64,000 nucleotides of DNA. Source: Gonapodya sp. JEL0774. Lineage: Eukaryota. Under the pieces are notes generated by a model. The model was not told the DNA's origin. It ran no database searches and was given only the letters and a program-made list of their open reading frames with translations. The translations under genes were made by a program, and so were the position numbers. Position 1 is the first letter of the stretch. The number at the start of each line of letters is the position of its first letter. The stretch is from the NCBI GenBank assembly GCA_027604505.1, contig JADIIX010000109.1, forward strand, positions 1-64,000, read 5' to 3'. Below, one piece after another: positions 11,201-23,793 of this stretch.

Positions 11201-14200
11201 TGAAGTGGGCTAATTGCTTCCAAGGTGACGCACTAGCTATTGATGGGATAAGTGACCACATAGCTGAAGCCAGGAATCCACAGAAGGTCAGATCAACTCA
11301 GATCTACTTGAATCTCAGCCATACCTCTCAGTGTACCAGCCAAATACATCCGCCTTAAAACATGGAACTGGTCGTCTTCATTCAGTTTCTCGATATGCTG
11401 CGGCTCCTCGTGACTGGTCAGCTGTACAGGAACCAGTTTGCCACTTGGGAGCTGAATAAGATGATGAGCGCGCTCTTTCCAGAAGGAAGTTTAACTTCTT
11501 CTCACTTGACACCATACCACACCACCACACATCAAGGCTGGTCTCAATCCATATGGCAACTTTGTAGTGCCCACCTCGAAAACTTTCCCGTGTTTGATGG
11601 CGAGAGGATTGAATGCGTACGTCGAAATGGCGTCAACACCCCAAACTACAAAAACCGTTAGCGGATGTGAAACGGAACGCATGGGACCCGGTAGAGTATG
11701 CATTGGCTGGGTTTCCCACAGAACCCCAGAAACTGACTCTGAGAAAGACAACGCGTTAACTTAAGCCAGCTAAGTGACGTCCATGTACCAACCTGAACTT
11801 CGCGGAATGTGGTACCTATCTCCAGAGGCGGCATTCACAATCCACATAGTTGACGTCACATCTTCAACAACAAATCTTGCTCCATTTGAAGGGTGAGGGT
11901 AGACCCTTTGGACTGGCTGCCGTTATTATCAAGAACGCGACCAGAATCCCACTTGTACCATCTGTAATATTGGTGAAACCATCGCGGGTCTCTCACATGA
12001 GTGTGTTTGTAGCTATTCACTTGAATCCATTCCTCGTTGAAGGCCCAATGAGCCACCTCACCGGATTCAGTGCCATACACCAGGAACTCTTGTGTTAAAG
12101 TCGACGAAAAAATGGCCGCTGGAGACTCTAATCTGATTTTCCCTGCTATCGGGAATACTCTGTCAGCGCGGCTACTCTGTTCCTGGTCCGCGTTGTCCAA
12201 ATCAAACACTTGAAGGCGGCCGTCCGTCAGTAGCGCCGCACACCAACGCGACGAAACAGAGAGACTTTGAAGTGACGTCAGGGCACTCTGAAGCCAGACA
12301 AGATACCTCGGGAAGTTGCTCTAGGGTGTGAGGACTGATTTCAACTCACGAGCTTCAAAACATTTGGGTGTCCGTCTCGGTGATCCAGTAGGTGACAAAA
12401 GATGTTTGAGTTGCTAGAAATAGCAAGCTAGCACGAAACTTGAGCGGTGAGTACCTGCTTCTACAGCAACGTTTGATGATTTTCACTCACATGGAGAGGT
12501 CCCAATGCGACAAGCTCGATCTCCATATTTGTCGGTTTCACCACGCTCGGAGGTCCACACGCATTTCCTTGAATAAGACCTAAGCCAAGGTCGGTGATAG
12601 TTATCTCACGGAGGTCCGTCAGGTGAGCGACGCGAGATGACCACGAAGATGAGAGTTGCGGAAGGCGAGCGAGGAAGGTGTGTAATACACCACTGCCATA
12701 AAACAGAAAACAGTGCCATCCCTTGTTTGCAGATGCTGCTAAAGGGGAAGACGTCAATGAACTCACCGATTCGTGCTGATCGTTAAGAAACCTCCATCAG
12801 GACTCCAATCCGCAGCACCTAAGTGGCCCCTCTCCTCCTCCATTCGTAAGATATCCGACATCTCTCCCAAATCAGCGAGTTCATGAATTTTTACGGAGCC
12901 ATCGCCTACGACAGCAACTTTGCCAGAAGCGACAGAAACAGACACCGCGGCCAAGTAGTCACGGTGGTCACGCGAAGAGTGGAGCTCGGTGCCAACGCGA
13001 CTAGGATCTAGACACACAAAAATAGGTTGCAATGACCGTGATGGCAATATTTAGTGAAGCCAAAGCTCACCGGTGGTTACAGACACAACCCATCCATTAG
13101 AGAATCCGAGTAAAATGTTGCCTGCACCGAACCACTCGTACTGTACAATATCTCCGTATCTTTAAAGGCCATACCAGACGGTCAGTAGGAATTCAATAAA
13201 AGAACAGGTAGAATCCACTTACTTCTGTTGGAACGCCAGTTCAACAGGGCTCTTGGCGTTACCAATTTCTTGTATGAACAAATTGCGCTTTGAAACCACC
13301 ATGCTTAGAGCAGTGGATACAACGGACTTTATACCAGAACCCGGCGACCTGCGAACAGTTGCAAACTGCGTGACCAGGTGAGCCACTAGAGACACTCCTA
13401 GAGGCGACCCTGCAAAACATACTTTCATTTGTGATGGCTCTCCTTTCAAAGTGGTTTGGGTAATAGTCTCGCCGTTTCCGTTCGAGAGACTAAACTAATG
13501 ATGTTTCAAAGCAACAAAGTTAAGGTTCGTTGAATTTGAACATTGACCAACCAGGTGGGTGTGTCTTTCAGCTCAAGACCTGTGCGGTAATCTCCAACTA
13601 CTTACAGTTTTGTCATCACTTCCTAGTGCAAGAATAGCCCCGTCCGCCTCCTGCGCTGTTTTTGTTCCGTCCGTAGGTTCAGATTGATGCAGGATCGTTC
13701 CCCACCCTCCTCCGGTGATAGTTCCGGCGTGCTTCCCAAGCAACGGTGTTCTCTTAACATTTGGAGCGATTTGCATGAGGACAACGTTTCCTTTCATGCC
13801 GCCCAGAGCAATGCGTTCGCCTTTCAGGTCCCATCCCAACCACGAAGGTCCACGTAAATTAGTTTCAATGGTCCGGGAGACAGTGTTCCAGAGGTAAACA
13901 GTCCCAACAGAGGTTAATAGGGCGAGCATGTGGCCAGTTGGCGACCAGCTTAGTGTCACCGGTTCTCTACAAGACGCAAATCAAGTTTTCAAGTGAGCTC
14001 AAACTGAAAGGTCGCACCGGTAAGTGACACACGAATGACTGCATCTGCTTACCCGTCGAATGAAAACGAGTCTACCACGCTGCCGTTTCGGTCCCAAATG
14101 TATCCCACACTCGAAGACCTTGCATTCCAAAAATCAGGACGCGTGAGGTCAGAGAAGAACAGACTTTCCGAAACACCAAAGGAATTACTAGAGATCAGCA

Positions 14201-14397
14201 GTAGACTTACCCTGCCGCAGCAAGAAACGTCCCATGAGTTTTCTGCCATTGGAAATGTGGGGCACCGTTTCCAAGTTGAGACGCCGTGAAGTGCTTCTAG
14301 ATGGATTCCAGAACCGAAGACAGAGCAAATTTGCCAAATATGAGCACGAGCGCTGGTGTCCTCTGAGTCGGCAACAGCTGCTCCTGTTTACCTGCAT
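8230..14397 (-). CDS. WDR19: WD repeat protein 19 / intraflagellar transport protein IFT144 (IFT-A), multi-exon
   Basis: N-terminal exons MQ...[21 protein letters not shown] and WD40 segments ([36 protein letters not shown]). TPR region contains [42 protein letters not shown] and [12 protein letters not shown]-terminal Cys motifs [19 protein letters not shown]...CPMC. Confidence 0.9.
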
Positions 14398-14502
14398 TTG
14401 AGTGACCTCGCTAAATTTTAGTGTTCAAAGCACTCCACAATCTTCGATTTGACAATTATACATGGAATATTGACAGCCATCATAGACAATAGATCAGATT
14501 AT

Positions 14503-17061
14503 TCATAGAACTTCCAAATCCACGTGCTTTACCTCGGGAACCTCTTTCACGATTTGGGCTTCCAATCGGTCCACCTCCATCCCCAACTGATCTACAACAC
14601 CTCGCGCGTGCTCACTGAGGTAATCCTCAAGTTCTTTTTCGTTCTTCAACGACTTTGCCTTGGTCAATTCCACAGTCAAGAACACTGGTGTTGCGACGGG
14701 TCCAAGCAAAGCAGACCCTGTAGGCGGAGATTGACCAGCGGCGATGGCTTCACTGCGCTCGACTTGCCTACGAGCAATATAGCGTCGTGTAATCTCATCA
14801 GCATTGAAGTTGATTTCTGCCTTGAAGCGTGACCACTCTGGGCCAATGGATTGGGACTTGACATCATGGACGGACCTTCAAAGTGGTGGCAACTCATCGG
14901 TGTTCTTGTTCCGCGTTCATTATAATGGCCAAAGTAACTCACGTCACTACCGCATCTCTTTTCAGGACCTTAACTACTTTGTTGAGCCTGCTTGGTGACA
15001 TGGACGCACCCACAATCCCCGCAACATTTCTTCTTATGAGAAAAGTGGCGATCGCAGCTAAAAGACATCCGATGAGGAAAGAGCCTAAGGCGTCCCAACG
15101 ACTGTCACCTGTCCACTCCGCCAAGGAAAGACAGGTGAATGCAATAGCGACGCCGGTGACCGATCCAATGTCCTCAAAGAGGACCTGAACGGTGGTCGGA
15201 TCGGCACCACGACGGACTTTTTCACGTTTATGTGAAAGAATGATAGAATATGAAGCTCGCCACAAAGAGGGAGGCTTCAACGGGATAGACTCACTGTAGT
15301 CAAAAACGTTAACACCTGACCGCATACAGCCGACGAGATATGAACAGTCACAAGAGAACCCCGCCTCCCAACAGAACGGCAACTTACCAGCCGTCTTAGC
15401 GCTGCTGTAGATGGCCCTGAAAGCATATATCATCGTTCCTCCATCGAAGACAAGAGCACCCCCTAGTATTAATCGTGCGATGTAGGCATCAGTGAGAACT
15501 CCGCCTCCCTCGAGCATGCCCTGAATGCCGTGGAGAAGGGACACCCCTCCCCCTAGGAAAAAAATGCCGACACCCGACACAAGCTGGAAGCACAGCGCGG
15601 TAAGGGTGCGCACCAACACAAACGGTTTGTTGCAGTATTCAATTGATCCACAATGGTAGGAGCCACTCACTGCCCAGCCATAACGCTCCGCTGCAAAGCC
15701 ATACGGATGTTGAGGATCTTTTATGCAATGCAACAACAATTAAGGACCGAAGAAGTAGATGGCAGATTCTGAACCTACCAGGTGCTTGCATTGACCTCCA
15801 GATCCCTGAATGATAATAGACAAATATGTTGAAAAGAGTCGGTCAGTTAGCCATCCCTCCAGAGTTTGGAGGTTTTGCCTACCGAATGCCAGAAGCAGCT
15901 CGTTCAGTAAATCTGCGGTGCTGTGAATAGCTTCAGAGAACATGGAGGCTGACCCGGTGTATAGTGCTGCTGCAGCTTTAGCAACAAGAATAGTGAAATT
16001 GCTATTAAAAAAGAGTAGGCTGACCAATAAGATGGATTCGTGTGCGGGTTTTGCAAGTAACAAACCTAACAGACGCCAGCACGACCACCTTGAATGAGCC
16101 CTTGAGACCTATTTCACGCTGCGCACGGGTACCACCTGTGACAAGCGAAAAACGCAACTAACGTTTCAGGTAGAAAGAACCAAAAGTAGAACCACAGGAG
16201 GTGGACGTACCCACCATGTATCTGATCTCGACCTGTTTGACGCCGTTTCGACTTCCAGTCACCAATCCATTCGTCGTACTGATGATCTGTGGATCGAAAA
16301 ATTATTTGATCGTTCATAATAAGGTACCTCATCTTCACCGACATGTGTGTCCTGAATGAATGCTTCGGGCCGCGAAGCCATAGAGCTGGGTAACTTTGTA
16401 GTGGATGACCACAAAACTCACAATTAGTGGGTCTTTCTTCGTAAACATCTTGATGTTCATCCCTTTCCTTTTCAATCCAGCGTCTCACCCGCAGCGCTGT
16501 TTCTTCCGGAGACTCAACAACATCCCCTTCGCTAGAGTGCTCATAATCAAGCTTTTGAGGGTACGGATTGATCGAGCCTGGAGACGATACAGTGTAGGAC
16601 TCGCGCGGAAGGATTTGAGAAGATGCTGTTTCATTGGAGAAGGCCGACTTTGAAACGGACGGGTTGGATTCTGTTGAGCGCAACCTCTTCGCTGGTGACC
16701 ACCAACGGGGACTTGACGGCATCTCTCTTAAGAAGTTGGCTGGGCGTGCGTGGCAGACAGTATGTAGGTGATGGAGAAACTGGCTTGGTTCCTGCGATAC
16801 GAATACCGATCGTTTCTGATGCTCAAGCGGTGATGAAGTCCAACTAGGGGACGCGCTTGCGAAGCTTCGCGTACATTGCGATCGGAGAGGAGTCGCATGC
16901 AATGGATAGCGCGACTGCCAGGGTGATAACGATGACTCAATTCCGAGACTCGAGCGGGAACGGTTCCCTTTCCCATCGACCAATGCTGAAGAAGAGCTAG
17001 CTAAGGACGTAGCTGCAACGCATATTGAAACAGCTGGAGGTTTCAACCCTCGAGGTCGCAT
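14503..17061 (-). CDS. Cation diffusion facilitator (zinc transporter 9 / SLC30A9-like), multi-exon, probable mitochondrial presequence
   Basis: YTGSASMFSEAIHSTADLLNELLLAFG, PDPQHPYGFAAERYGWA, LVSGVGIFFLGGGVSLLHGI, RRGADPTTVQVLFED and C-terminal LGMEVDRLEAQIVKEVPEVKHVDLEVL. The N-terminus is Ser/Arg-rich. Confidence 0.85.
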
Positions 17062-17221
17062 GCGTGAAATAATTTTGTCTCACTGGAATTCACTTGCATA
17101 CAAATTACTTTGTATTGTGACATTAATAATTCAACAAACGGACACGTCATAACCTCCAGAAACTTCACAATAGCCATATATAACAACCGATTTAAAAGGG
17201 CTTAATTGTTGAATCGACCCA

Positions 17222-20200
17222 CTAGTACGGAACATCGGCTTCCTCTCCTTCAACTGCTCTCTCGAATCTCTCCGCGACCTTGAGTTTTAGCCAGTGCACC
17301 ATTTCTGTGGGCCACTTTATAGGAAGTTCCTCTAAAATTGCCTGCACAAGACGAGGTTCGGGGACTGATGGAATGGGCAAGGTCCCCACTTCACCCGTGT
17401 CTCCACTCCCTCTTTTGAAGTCCATGTCGTTCAGAAGATCTGAGAGTCCACCTTGATTCTTGGTCGAATAGTAGCGAAGCGCAATACCGACGACAAGGAA
17501 CTCCAAGAGAAGTAGTGTAAGGAGGAAAAGGAGGGAGACCAGCAAAACTCGAGATGGGGTTTTCACCGGCTGCCCACAACAGGGTCGCATGGCGGGGAAT
17601 GGCAGTAAGAAACACTCTTAAGCAGCTTTTATCGTGACTGCGACATATAAAAGAACCCACCATCCATCCCGCTACCTTGTTCCACGCAGTCCCCAGCAGA
17701 CCCCTCGTCTCCGAATTTCCTCGGATATTTCCGCTGGGCACAACTCCACCTAAGTTTTTCCTCTTGTGTACTCCGGTGGGATCTCCCAACCTGACGCTGC
17801 TTGTAGACCTCATTGACATCGTTGACGTCCGTCCCTGCAACGGTCCAGGGGACACACCTCGTAGGTCGTTCGTGCTTCCCACGTTTGATAGTCGCCTTGA
17901 GCGCGATGGTCGGTCTGGCAATCCCGCGTTGGAGGGCCGTCGTGATCTGTTGGCGGGGTCTTCTTGGAGGATAGCAGACTGGTGCCCCCAGTCCATCGGG
18001 CGCCCGTGCGCATCAACCAGCATATAAGACGCTTCTGGTCCGGGGCTTCGAAAAAGCTTTTTCGTCGACACAGAATAGAGGTGACGTAAGCAAACGCCAC
18101 CCACCTGGCACCTCCGTAGTAGTACGGACCCGAGGGACCTACATGGGATGGCCGACGAGATGGTTGCCCCCTAATTCATGAACAGGACTGTTACACTTGA
18201 ATTCACAACTGAGATTGCGTGTTCCCAACTCACCCCTCGCCCTGTCCTGAACCTGGCCCACCAAACACCATCGAATGTTCCGGCAACTGAAAGTTTCTGG
18301 AGAGAGGTTCAATACGACCGGACAGAGGTGAAGAAGGGGACGGGTTAGGGGAAGAAACTAGCGAAACGGAGCCGGGAGGACCATAGCCTGGTGCATATCC
18401 AGGATTATAACCCCCAGGATATGATGCCGGATTGGGCGGAACCATTCCACTGTTGTGTGGCCAGCCTGGGTGCGGAACGCGCCCTGGGGACACTGATCTC
18501 ATTCTTTGGTCGTACCCGGGTGGATACTGATTGGGATGCGGCTGTCGCCCTCTTGAAACAGATCGCAGCTGGCCGTTAGGAGGGCCTCCTGCGGCTCGAT
18601 TTGGCGAAGCTGACCGGGAACGGGCAGTACGGTACGCTCCACCAGGCACCATCAACGCAGAGGGATCCGGTGGTGCAGTTGGACGTGCCGTTGAATGTTG
18701 ACGGACTCCTGCAAGCGTGGGTCCCTTGGGAGGATTAGAATCGTGTGGTAAGAATCGTGAACGAAGGCGGCCACGTTCACCCAGGGGGGATTCATCCTGC
18801 AGACCCATGGGTAATCCAGTGGTCTGTAGCAGAACAAATGGGGAATGAGAATGCCGAGAATGAACCCTCCACCAAATAGCCGACCCTGCACTCACAGATT
18901 CTGGACTCTTCATGCCAATTGGAGTTTCCAGACCCTGTTTCTCACTCACACTGTCTGTTTCAGATTTCCTCAGGCGGGCGACAAGGGCGGCAGCAGAGGT
19001 GACTGGTTTTCCGGCACCATTCTGTCCTTCGTGGGTCGCATTCAGCGAGTCTGCTCTTACACCACTCATCTCCGCCGAGGGTTGACCAAAAACCATGGGG
19101 GCTGGACGGGGAAGGATAGGACGAGAGCGCAAGGCAGCATAACCAGGCGACGACTCAACGCCAGTTGGCGATTCTGGTTTCCGTGTGGTAACGGGAGGCT
19201 CTCCTGAAGTCCCATCGTGGACACCGGATTCCAAGGCACCCCTATCACGAGCTGCGAAGAAGGTGTGCGGGCTGCTCTTCGATCTGTCGTGGTCGACATT
19301 ATGTTCAGGTTGACGGTGTGAGGTGGCCCCGAATTGCCCCACGCTTGTATCCCCAACAGATGGCGAATCTGCTTTTGCGCCCACCATGCCTCCAATCTCC
19401 CGCGCTCGGCGCCAATTTTCGAGTTTCGATGTCACAGGCGTACTTGATTGTGGAGACTGTCGGTCAATCTTCGACGTCGGTCCCTTCGAATAAGGGTCCT
19501 CGTTTGCAAGGCTCGTATGGTCCATCTTCCCACCTGCTCGAGTTTCAGCAGGGTCTGGGCCTGTACCAAATCTGCTGAGTATCCGTAGAGCGTTACTGGG
19601 TGTCCGGGGATCATCCGAGTGACCATACGTAGTGCTGGTCGTACCCGACATTCCATGATACGCTGATGATGTTCGTGTTGAAAGGGACGAGTATGCAGAA
19701 TCGGCAGCGGTCTGATGTGAGAAGCGGTGTTTGTTAGTTCTGACACGTCCTGCACTCAGGTCCGCATATCACAGGGCATCGAAGGCCAAAGTACACCCAT
19801 CGGCTAAGATCAAACGCAGCGGTACTGTCGCAAGCACTTCGCTCCTCTTCGAGAAGAGAAAAGCCCCGAAGGCTGCAATAACCAAACAATCTTGCAATAC
19901 AACCATACTTCCCACCGTTTGTATCGCCAAAAGTCCATCATAAGCCCCACTTGAGACTCACCCCTCCAATCCCGTTTCCCCGCCTCAAACTCTCCGCACC
20001 CGCAACTGCCGCCTTCGCTGCGTCCACCAGCTCCTCCGGACTCGGAGCGCTCCTCAGAGGGCCATCCAAGGAGTCCCCGCGATATGCCGCCAGCCCATCC
20101 GATCTATCCGTTCGTTCGATAGTCTGGGTGCGACCTCGCACGTCGGTGGAGTTACCAGCCGCTGATGTGCCGAGCTGTTTGGCGGGCGGAGTGGAGCTCG

Positions 20201-20240
20201 GATCGGCGGTCCGGATGGAAGGACGGAAATTATGAAGCAT
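17222..20240 (-). CDS. Hypothetical low-complexity (Pro/Ser/Arg-rich) protein with one C-terminal transmembrane helix; multi-exon, start uncertain
   Basis: Consecutive minus-strand ORFs (19938-20240, 18230-19651, 17391-18104, 17222-17590) separated by GT..AG-like introns. Hydrophobic stretch VLLVSLLFLLTLLLLEFLVVGIALRYY. No recognised domain. Confidence 0.5.
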
Positions 20241-20575
20241 CGAGAGTGCTGATAGGATGGCAACGGGATACTGTGGCTCACAGCTGGAGACGTTATTTGG
20301 ATGACAGGCTTGGAAAAACAGTCAAGCATACTATGCACAGCACGGGATCCCCTCCAAACCCGCGCACCCTTCCCAACCACGGTTAGGTCCTCAAAAATAG
20401 GCGAAAGTCGTATTCCAAAGTTTGCAACCTAATCTGTACACACAAACCCGCGAACGGGTGCCCGTCCACGAATCCGAACCTAACGTTACTTTCCCTTTCA
20501 ACGCCCCGTGGTGTACCAGGATCACGCACAACCATGTGACAACCACCGGGACATGCACTTACAGCCAAGCGATGC

Positions 20576-21869
20576 TCACTGAGGTGGCCTGAATTGGGGG
20601 AAGCCTGGTGGAGGAGCGCCAGGGGGCATGCCTGCCGGGGGTCCCCCCTATTTTATAGAAAGAGAAACGTCAGGGGAGAGGGGATTTTCAGTTCAGTTGC
20701 AATCACGAAAATAATCAGTGAAAGCCGCAGGTGACAGCACAATCCAGATGGTCCAACAACACAGGGCCATCAAATATTCCGAACAAAACCCGAAGTCAGT
20801 CGCGATGTGGATAAGGTTTGTCTCATCGACCTTGCGAAGGGCCATCTGAAGTAGCAAATATTTTGTATATCGTTCAACATCATCCAGGGTTTCTGTCTCT
20901 TGCTTTGATGATCTTTTCCCACCCATCTTTCCACCATTTCATCTTTGCCATCGCCGCAGAGAAGATCTCACAACTCACCATCGGAGGTCTGAAACCGGGA
21001 GGTGGCATCATGCCTGGAGGCATCATTCCAGGAGGAGGCATCATTCCAGGGCGGAACCCAGGAGGGGGCATCTTGACGATCGAGGAGGTTGTGTATTAGC
21101 GCAGTTGCCCTTTCGTGGTTTCTCGGATACTCACCCCGGGGAATCCAGGGGGAGGTGCACCGGGCATAGGGGGTGCACCAGGAGCAGGCATTCGGCCGTA
21201 CGAGACGGGAGCTGCTGCTGCAAGGGGGCGGGCACCTGGAGCCATCATACCCGGTGGTGGCCCGCCGACGCCACGGACAGGACCAGCGAGACCTAAGGGG
21301 AAAGGCGAGGTGAATGAGTGAGATAATATGACCATAGTATGACCATGAGATGTGATGAGAGAAGATCGTCTCAGAAAGGAGGGGGACACGTTACAGATGT
21401 ATTAACACGCAAAAACGCGAATTTTTGTGGCACATCTTCCTGGAGCTCTCAGGAAATAGAGACAATGAGACTCACCTGGCATGCCCATTGGGTTGACCGG
21501 CAGCCCTCTCCCTGCAGGTCGTCCTATACCCGGGCCACCGCCCAATCCTGCCCCTCTCAACCTCTCATCCGCCGTGGGTGGAGGTGCTTCGACGGAAATG
21601 CTTACTATACACTCTCCCCGCAAAATGACGAGACCCAAGCTCCTCTTCTCCTCTCGCTCGGGCGGCCGCTCTGCCTGTGCCGTCGTCGTGCCCGCAGCGG
21701 TCGTTGCCTTTCCCTTTGGCCTGACCTTGCGGAACTCTTCGCACTCGGAAATGACCAGATTCATGTGCTTATCGAAGGCAATCATTTGGCCGACAAACAT
21801 GCGACCGTCTTGAATGGTGATGCGGAGGCGGAAGTTAAGGAGGGCAAGGATTTTGGAGTTTTTTGACAT
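20576..21869 (-). CDS. SMB1: Small nuclear ribonucleoprotein-associated protein B (SmB)
   Basis: Sm motifs MSKNSKILALLNFRLRITIQDGRMFVGQMIAFDKHMNLVISECEEFRK...EEKRSLGLVILRGECIVSISVEAPP, followed by RG and PPPG(M/F)RP tail exons. Stop at 20576-20578. Confidence 0.93.
20791..20888 (-). ncRNA. U24: Intronic box C/D snoRNA, U24/SNORD24 (snR24)-like
   Basis: Lies in the last SmB intron (20648-20978). Box C AUGAUGU at 20883-20877; guide AAUAUUUGCUACU (20862-20850) complementary to conserved LSU rRNA AGUAGCAAAUAUU; D' CAGA; C'-like GAUGAGA; box D CUGA at 20799-20796. The block ATATTTGCTACTTCAGATGG...ATGAGACA matches yeast U24 as I recall it. Confidence 0.8.
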
Positions 21870-22690
21870 GCTCTGAAGGAAGGGGAGTGTTGGGAGTATT
21901 GGGGGAATTGACCGGGAAAACATTAATTTTTCCGGCGAAGGAACAGATAAGCTGTAAGAATTCATTTGCGAACAAAAGAACGTCCGAAAAAATGGCGGGG
22001 GTTCCCCGGTACGGTTGTGGAACGCACGTTGATCACAAGGACGAGGAAGTTGAAATCCGTCAGTCCACAACGATTGCTGAGACTCGATCTCTCTCCCTTA
22101 TGGAAAAGGGTGCTCAATTCGTCCCCCCCAGTGCGCAAATGATTTAATGCGCAGCATCCGAATTGCTGCGCGCAAGTTCTCTCCACGTCAATGCCCGAGT
22201 CTCCGGCCAAGCAGAGTGACATATGCACGCAAAGGGCTCCTTTTTCATTCGATATGAGTTGTGTATGGTCATACTACTCACCAATTTGGACATGTTTGCG
22301 GCGTTTCAAGAGGGGAAGGCGAAAGGAGGAAACGGGTGGGGGATCGACGGCGGGTCGAAAAGGCGGAGAAACCGCAAAGCACCGAGACAACGCGAACACC
22401 TGATGCAACGGGTTTGGAGAAGCGAGAACTGCAGAGGGAGAGGACCACCCTTCCCAGGGGCCTGATGCACGCTCCAACCCACAAGAAAAACAAGAAGTTT
22501 TGTATTATTTGCTGTACGCCGCCCGATAGCAGAACCTACATTTGAAATTTTGCTTCTCAATTTCGTAGTATCTATGAGCGTATTCCATCCCTCAAATCCC
22601 TCCTGCTGAAGGGACTGTTGGGAAAACGGGGTTAAACTACTGTTCATACACACCCAACGCCCACCGTTTCCGTATTATTTCTGACCCAAG

Positions 22691-23161
22691 ATGGCACCTA
22701 TCCACGACCTTTCTTCCCACATCACCAACGCTTTCCGCGCAGGCCTCCGACAAACTGCAGTACGGGCGACAAAACGCAACTTTGCTGTCTGCCAAATCCT
22801 TTACAAAGAAGGCTTTCTCTCCGCTATATACAAGGGCGACGTCCATGGACCCGATAATGTGGGTCATCCAGTACCTGTTACCCCGGACAATGTTGCCATA
22901 CGCAGACTCTGGCTGGACCTCAAGTACCGCGACAACTTGCCCGTTCTTCGAGAGATGAAAGCCATCTCCAAATCTAGTAGGCGAGTCTACGCCACTCTAG
23001 ATGAGCTCAAAGCTGTCGCCGCAGGGAAGAGGGCCCACAGTTTACTCAAACCTCAGGTACTCGGTCAGGTCACCATTGTTGAAACAGAGTACGGCATCAT
23101 GGAGCTCACTGAGGCGCTCAAACTGGAGATTGGTGGGGAGGTTCTCGCCATTGTGGTGTAG
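22691..23161 (+). CDS. MRPS8: Mitochondrial small-subunit ribosomal protein S8 (uS8m)
   Basis: MAPIHDLSSHITNAFRA...ILYKEGFLSAI...VTPDNVAIRRLWLDLKYRDNLPVL...ISKSSRRVY...GIMELTEALKLEIGGEVL, the fungal-type uS8m pattern. Intronless. Confidence 0.9.
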   Translation: MAPIHDLSSHITNAFRAGLRQTAVRATKRNFAVCQILYKEGFLSAIYKGDVHGPDNVGHPVPVTPDNVAIRRLWLDLKYRDNLPVLREMKAISKSSRRVYATLDELKAVAAGKRAHSLLKPQVLGQVTIVETEYGIMELTEALKLEIGGEVLAIVV

Positions 23162-23793
23162 GAACTGGGTTTGCTGCTTCTCGAGACTGAGGGCGATGGG
23201 GTATTGGCGCAGGAACAGGAGATGATAGAAATTGGTGGTGATTCTGGAGAGCTGGACTGGTGGAAAACCCCCCTCCTCTCCCTTGACTCCAAGTCTGCAT
23301 ACTCCACTGCTATATACATCGGAATTGTAGTGGGGTCTATCAACAGATGTGGGTGAAGCGGCCTCTGACCACGAAGAACACATCCCACATCCTCTCGAGA
23401 GAATGAGGACCGAACCTACTCTACACCAATGTTCATAACCTAGACTTCTCTCGCAGATTAGTTGATGTTGGAAAAGGGGAAGTCTCGTATATAGATTGGA
23501 CGATTAATGACTCTGGCGTAAAACAGGACAGGCTGATAATCATATGCATACATTGACAAATCGTTCCTCTGTCCAGGTTTGAGACTGCTCTGCACCTCAT
23601 TTCCACTATGTTTGTAGGGAGCAAGGATGCTCAGTGCTTCAGACAATGAGGGAACACGCGGATAATTCGCCCACCAAGATTGTGTCTCAGCGTCTGGTTG
23701 GGGTCTTCGCATTTGAGTTCACTCACGGCATATCACACAAACACCAACGGGAATCGGAAGTGCTCTCTTTCACCATTCTACTCGGATATTAAG

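Noticed and set aside
14398..14502. RFX X-box upstream of the ciliary gene WDR19
   Set aside because: No adequate match to GTYNCYATRGNAAC; only a half-site (GGCAAC) in the first intron.
21402..22070. 222-aa ORF as an N-terminally extended SmB
   Set aside because: The extension and tail read through predicted introns; the conserved protein starts at ATG 21869.
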